DNA of 64,000 nt from Hyaloraphidium curvatum SAG 235-1 (Eukaryota; Fungi; Monoblepharomycota): the NCBI GenBank assembly GCA_025558095.1, contig JAIVFI010000024.1, positions 186,001-250,000 on the forward strand, given 5' to 3'. Positions within the stretch are counted from its first letter, which is position 1. Each line of letters starts with the position of its first letter. Below, piece by piece: positions 58,025-64,000 of the stretch. The notes under the pieces were generated by a model. That model ran no database searches. It was not told the DNA's origin and saw only the letters and a program-made list of their open reading frames with translations. Position numbers and translations under genes: made by a program.

Positions 58025-60347
58025 TCAAGCCCTGAGATGCCTCTTGCCCACAGCCCATCCCCTTCGCATCCGAGGCCACCATTCCTCCGGAACCCTTTCC
58101 ACGAGGCCGTCCCATCCCATCACCATCCCCTCCCTCAGCTCGACCACTCTCCTGCGCTCAAAGCCTGAGAGCCGGCAGGGGGCCTGGTCTGCGAATCCGT
58201 CGCGGCCGTAGGCGGCGGAAATCCAGAAGCCGACCGCTCCTATGAGTTCGGGGGTGTACAAGGAGGGGAACCTGGAAATGGAGAGGAGGAAGGCACGATA
58301 CCCATCCAAAGCGTCGCTTCCTTTGTCCGATGAGCTGGTCAGAAGACGTGATCAGCAACCTCGATCGCGTGTACCATCCGCGACGCTTACCAGTCCCTCG
58401 CAATCACCCTTCTCCACATGGCGCTGCTCGGCTCGCCCTCCGCCCCGCCGGCATAGTCCTGCAGAAGCATCCACATGTTCAAGAGCACGTCGCCTAGCCC
58501 CGTCGCATGCAGCTGCGGCACGAAAAAGTCCTGGAGCAGCACACCGTCGAGCTCGAGAAGGCGCCACGTTTCGATGCCGGACCTGGTGGAGAGACCGGCG
58601 ACCGCACTCGCCGACGGAGCGTGGTGCAGCATGGCCCGCTCGCCATCGGGCAGTGCGGCGTCTCGGAGCAGACGCTCGACGTAGTTGCGAGCCGCGATCT
58701 CGACGTTGGTGGGAATCTCCCACCGCGCCAAGGCCGCCGCCAGCGCCGAAGGACTGGCGGCCGGTGAAATCTGCTCGTAGATGGCCGCAACCCTCCTGGT
58801 GGCGGAGTCGAGCTCGGGCCTGAGCGTACGATCGGCGGCTGCCTGGAGTCGGGGCGAGACGGCTCGCGCCTCGTCGATCTGCGGCCCAGATTTACCAAGC
58901 CCGCCGTCCACGCACATCTCGTCATCGCTCAACCCCACGATCCAGTCCCGCACCACTTCGAGCTCCTCCCTGGTGAACACGCCAAACATCTTGCCTCCGT
59001 ACGCGCAAAGCTCCGAGAGCAGCGGACTTCCGTCCGGGTCGCCGGCCCGCACCCATCGCGATCTCGCCAAAGCATCGAGCGCGGCCGCGAAGGACTCATC
59101 CCGGTCGGAGTGCGGCGGAGCAAGGAGCTTGCGGATCGAACGACCGTGCATCTTGGCTTCCGGCCGGTGCATGTTGGCGCCGTGCAAGGACTTGCCGCGG
59201 AGGATACGGAGCATGCGCCTCCGAGCCAGATCGTGCCGATCGCGGGAGGCAGCGAGCAGATCTGGAGGCGCCGAAAGCTGTCGTGGGCCGACGGAGAGGG
59301 ACAGGTCGCGGATGCGGGCCAAGTCGGCCTTGGCGGGATCGATCGAGTTGACGTAGTAGCCGTCGACGATGCGCTGCCAATGAACCTTCATCCTGCAATT
59401 GCGAAAAGTGAGGACATGATCAATGAGCGAGCCATGCCGAAACCCACTCTTCCTCGCCTCGCGTCGTGCGGATGTGTTCGAGGTACTGGAAGGCGCACCG
59501 GGCTGCGAGATGAGCGTGGCCGGTCGAGTGGTTGTCTATCGAAACGTGGAGGAGGAAGTAGTACGGGTCGATTCCCAAGCTTTCGAGCTCGTTGGCCGAG
59601 ATCATGAGGTGGAGCGGCAGCTGTTCGTAGCCCCAGTTGTAGCCAATGATTTCGGGGAGGCGCGACTCGGGGAACAGGGAAACACAGAGCTGCACGAGCC
59701 CGCAATCGAACGCCGAATCAAGAAGACATGTCTGATCGACGAAAGCGCGGCTCTGGATCGGGGGCATGTGAAGCCTGAGGCGATCGCGTCAAATCCGAGT
59801 CGAAACAAATGCGGCCACAGAACCCTCACCCCACGCTCCCCAACGTCTCTCGGAAGGACGTGATGTGGTTCTGCTTGATCTGCCCCTCACCGAGCTCGTC
59901 GACAAAGACTCGGAACAGCATGGCGTGGAACCTGCGCAGCTCCTCGGGGACGGACACCTTGTGCGCGTGCTGCAGCCAGCTCCCGTCGACGAGCTTGGTC
60001 GGCGCGATGTTTGCGAGCCAGATCCGGGCGTATTCGAAGCTCGGCAGCATCTCGTTGCGCCGCTCCAGGGGTTGCCCAGCCGTCTCCGCGTCCCGCCACC
60101 TCGCAACGTAATTGTCGTAGCGCCGCACGGTGTCGGCGTACTCGCCGTCCAACAGCCTGCGCACGGCGTCTTCGTCGTAGCGGTGGTAGAAGGAGGCCAA
60201 CGACGGCGAGTTGACGCCGAGATCTCTGGCGACAAGGCTGCGCGCCGCCGCGAGCCGCGAGTCGAGGAACACCGCGGCCTCTTCCTTGGCGCGCGGGTCG
60301 CGTTCCGCGTTGAGCAGGCGGTGGTAGAGCTCCCGTGGCTGCGACAT
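58025..60347 (-). CDS. Heme-oxygenase-like (iron-containing redox enzyme/HDO family) protein; 4 exons
   Basis: LVDGSWLQ, DELGEG...NH, GYNWGYE, YYFLLHVSIDN...GH, MFGVFT. Confidence 0.85.
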
Positions 60348-60562
60348 GTTGTTGCTGGATGTCGGTGGGGGTTCCGAGATCCGTTGTCGTCGGGCGACGT
60401 TTGCGTTCGCTGGCCTTTTGTTTGTCGCCCTGGCCACGTCAGCACCTCCCCAGCCCGCTCACGTCGGATCTCCGGATGGTGCTTGGTGCCGTAAGGAACA
60501 TGGATCGGCATTCTCAGGAAGCATTCAATAAAATAATCACCCCGTACAGTCGAGCCGACCAT

Positions 60563-62860
60563 CTAGTTGAGCTCCGCCCAGCACCCATCGCACACCCTGC
60601 CCTCCTTCCCAACCGTCGCGTCGGGTGCCAGGCTGAAAAGCGCCAGCTTTGCCGACCGCGACGCATGGTCGTGGCAAAAGAGGCCACCGCATTTGCGGCA
60701 ATGGTGGCGCCTATGAAAGGCGTTGAAGCTCGACCGACACGTGCCGCATCGGTCGCCGGGCTGGTCGGGAACCCAGTGGCCTCCGGCGCGGGCCATGGCC
60801 TTGTGGGGGTCTGTGAGAGCATGCAAGACAGTCAATCAGGTGAATGGTTGCCGCAGAGATCGAAGCAACGCACCGCGGAGATGACCAAGCGCCGCGGCGA
60901 GCCTGGCGTCCAGATCGGCTGCCAACTTGGCAGCACCGGCCTCCTTGTCCACCAGCTCCGCCTTCAGTTCGTCCACCTCCACCTCGAGGGCCGCAATCTG
61001 TTCCGCGTACTGCCCGCGGACGATCTCGAGCTCGGTCTCGAGCGCCTCCGCGGCCTGTAGGGCGGAAAGATCAGCAATAGGTCGCACCCAAAGTCGGAGC
61101 GCAGCAACTCACCAACTTGCCGCGTCGCCTCTCGTCCGCAGCCTTCTTCTCGGCGGCAGCAATGGCTGCTTCTGAGCGGGCCGCTTCCGCCTTCCACCGT
61201 CCGGCTTCTGCTTCGACCGCCGCGAGCCCGTCCGCACCATCGTTGTTCGCCGACGCAAGGATGCTCTCCGTCCTGGCAATTTCCTGCTCGAGCAGGGCAA
61301 CGCGAGCCAGCACTGCATCCCTTTCCTCGCGCAGGCCGGCGGCGTCCGCTTCGTTCCGCTGCATGGTCTCGCGCAGGCCAGGAACCTGGTCCGCCAGCTC
61401 CTGTGCGGTGCGCAGCCTGTCTTGCAAGGACGCAGCATCCCCGCGAAGCGCATCCAGCTGGCCGCGCAGCACCCCTGTCTCCGAGTCCCTTTCCGCCAGC
61501 AGAGCGCGCAGTTCATTCGCCTCGGCCCGCAGCCGGCCAATTTCTTCTTCGAAGCTGTCGAGCTTGGCTTGTGCGCCGGCCAGCATGGTCATCGCTTCCG
61601 CCGTGCCGTCGACGATCGCTGCCTCTCGGCCGGCGAGCCGCCTCTCCCCTTCCTCAAGCAGGTCTTGCCGCTCGCGCACCATCTCCTCCCGGAGCAGCAG
61701 CGCACGCTCGCTGGCCTCCATCCGCGCACTCGAACTGCTGACGAGCCGATCGAACTCGGCGGCCGCGGCCATGAGATCGTCCTGGCCTTTCGCCAGCTCC
61801 TCGTGTGCTTCGCGGATGTCGCGCTCGGCTCCCGCTTCGGCCTCCCTGCGGCGTGCCTCCGAGGCCTCCAGGGCGGCAGCCAGGCGAGCAGATTCTGCAC
61901 CGGCGGCGGCAAGGTCCGATTGCGACTTGCGCAGGGCAGACTTGGCAACGTCGAGGGCGGTGCGGGTCCTGGCGAGTTCCGCCCGGGCCGCCTCAGCGTC
62001 GCTCCGGGCATCGCGGGCCTCGCCCTCCCTCTCCGTGGCCATTGCTTCTGCGGCCCTCACCCGCTCCTCCACCTCGGTCCTTCGTGCCTCCAATTCGCCC
62101 AGCTTGGTCTCCAAAGCAGCTCCGCGCTCCCTCTCCGCCTCCAGGTCCCTCTCCACTGCCTCTGACCCGTCCCTCGCAATCGCGGCCTCCCTCTTCAGCA
62201 CCCCGTTTGCCCTCTCCGCAAGCTCGAGCCGCGAGGCGAGCTCCGCAACGCGCTGTTTGAGGGCAGCGCGCTCCGCGGTGCGCGACGCGAGGTCCGATTC
62301 GAGTGCGGCCATGCGGCTCTGGTCCGGGGCGGGGGAGGGGTCCGTGTTGTGGGGCACGGAGCGGCGGGCATGGCGGGCTTTTTCCTCGGCCCGGGCGAGC
62401 TTGGCCTGGAGGCTGCGGACCGCTGGAATGTCGACAGATCAGCCGGGTATCGGGCACGAAGCAGGACGACGCGCGCACCCTCTCGCGTGACGGTCTGCTG
62501 TTTCTCCATCCGCTGAGCGGTCTCCTCCAGCAGTCCACGAAGCCGCCTGTTCTCCTCAGCCACGCCCGCAACTTCTTCGGCAAGCCGAGCTTGCACGGAA
62601 GGCGCGGTGCGAATGGGGCGCACGGCCTCTGTGACCTCGACCTCCTCGAGCGCGTCCCCCGCTTCTTGTGACCCCTTTGCCGGGCCTGCCGGGACCACGG
62701 CTTCAATTTGGGCGCCCTTGAGCGAAAGTGCAGGCTCCTCGGCGAGCGGCGAAAGCGGCGTGGGCTCGTAGTCGCCGTCCAGCGTGGCGGTCGAATCCGC
62801 CCGCGTCTCGCCCAGCCCGCGCGGCGAGCCGGGCTGAGGGGCGGCCGCAAAGGCCTCCAT
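60563..62860 (-). CDS. Long coiled-coil protein with C-terminal FYVE zinc finger (endosomal tether-like)
   Basis: WVPD, CGTC, RRHHCRKCG, RVCDGC; more than 400 aa of heptad-rich sequence. Confidence 0.88.
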
Positions 62861-63059
62861 TGGCAACGACGCGCGGAGACGAGGCCGCGGTGGCGGAGGA
62901 GAGTGTTGGAGCGCTGCGAATTCAAGGCCGGAAAATGGGCATGTGGTGCACGCGAACACGACGATCACACGCGTCCAGCTGCACGCGACGAAGGACTCTG
63001 CACGATGAGAAGCGAGTACCGCTTTTGCCAGGCTTTGCAAACTCCGATTGTGGCTGTTG

Positions 63060-63856
63060 CATCGCAGGATGATGGATGGATGGACGGAGCCTGCTCTCCG
63101 TGACCTGGGCGGGATTGGCCCCGCCGATCTCACCCGCGCACTTTCGCCCCTCGGACTTCGAAGGAGAAGACTGGGCTGGCACCAATCCATGTCCATTCTC
63201 ATTTTCTAGGATGCATTTGAAGCTGCTTTTGGGTCAAGGCCTCCCCGATGGTCCACCGTGCGCGAGCATCCGCTGTTCGGCGCTGATCCCCATGCCGCCG
63301 CATCGCCCACCGCACCGCTGGGATCCCAAACAGATTCGCCCGACATCCTGCACATCGATCGAGGTTGTGCTCGCTTGCGCTAGGGCGGCAATGGCGCCAT
63401 GGATGCGTGAGGCCGGAGCCGGAGAGGTGCATTCCCATGCCGGGCCGGGTTAGCCGAGCGGCGAAGGAGGCCCCCGACCCGCGGGAATGCAGACGAGAGA
63501 ACCAAATCTAGGGCACAGATGCCGTGGTAGCCTGTTGGTATCACCGGATTACGGAACGTAATGCCCAGCCCGTTGCCCAGCGAGTCCCGATCCTGGCGTG
63601 GCCGGCCAGCTTTTGCCGCCCTGATCCCAAGCCGGTCAGACAAAATGTCCGATAACAATTGATCCATGAATTGCCAAGGATGTTCAGCTCTAGGGCCAGC
63701 TGTCAGAGTTATCCGGGCCGCCGAGGGGAGCGGGTGCGGGTGGGCCGTCGGACCACGCCGGGGGCCCGGCGCAAGGATGGCGAGTGGTCGGAGGGTCCGC
63801 CGCAGCTTCAGACGGCAACGACAGGTCCGAATGGTGTAGTTGGTCATCACGTATCC
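63060..63856. repeat. Right arm of ~0.8-kb inverted repeat (upstream flank and 5' part of tRNA-Val(CAC))
   Basis: Reverse complement of 55101-55895. Confidence 0.95.
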
Positions 63857-63909
63857 TTCACAACTGGTGAAATCGGATAAGGTCCTGAGTTCGATCCTCA
63901 GTTTGGACA
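63825..63909 (+). tRNA. tRNA-Val(CAC) with 11-nt intron (63863-63873)
   Basis: GTCCGAA/TTTGGAC acceptor stem, TATCC-TT-CAC-A^C-GGATA anticodon arm, CTGAG-TTCGATC-CTCAG T arm. Intron GTGAA pairs with TTCAC. T5 terminator at 63918-63922. Confidence 0.95.
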
Positions 63910-64000
63910 CGGAATTGTTTTTCAACCACCAGGGGTAAGATCTTCCTTCTGGTTGACTTTGGGACCGATCCGACGGGAATTCGCCGAGGGATGGGGGTGG

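Noticed and set aside
55101-63856. TIR DNA transposon or Pack-MULE carrying host genes
   Set aside because: No transposase and no target-site duplication, and the right arm is continuous with an intact tRNA rather than ending at an element terminus.

Overview
Gene-dense, GC-rich eukaryotic DNA with short GT-AG (occasionally GC-AG) introns. The gene content (RalGAP-alpha, CFAP97-like ciliary protein, NPEPL1, GMD, RUS1, SNAPIN) fits an early-diverging, chytrid-grade fungus; this is inference and the species cannot be fixed from the sequence. About 30 protein genes are supportable, mostly housekeeping and often in head-to-head pairs 80-250 bp apart. The most unusual structure is non-coding. There are two intact intron-containing tRNA-Val genes (AAC at 44190-44288, minus; CAC at 63825-63909, plus), and each has a nearby broken duplicate that carries long flanks. 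The AAC duplicate is cut in two by a clean 425-bp inversion (46808-47232) bounded by short inverted microhomology; flipping it back restores a perfect tRNA, and a MYND-finger gene lies between the two copies. The CAC duplicate is a 32-nt 5' fragment at the tip of an ~0.8-kb inverted repeat bracketing three genes. A third inverted duplication (an orphan acidic gene pair at 37.3 and 50.8 kb) encloses the AAC region. Notable proteins include a lectin-tipped, possibly Tc-toxin-like pore former, a heme-oxygenase-like diiron enzyme with a degenerate second domain, and a bacterial-type GT4 near GDP-mannose dehydratase. Exon boundaries and identity estimates were made by eye.
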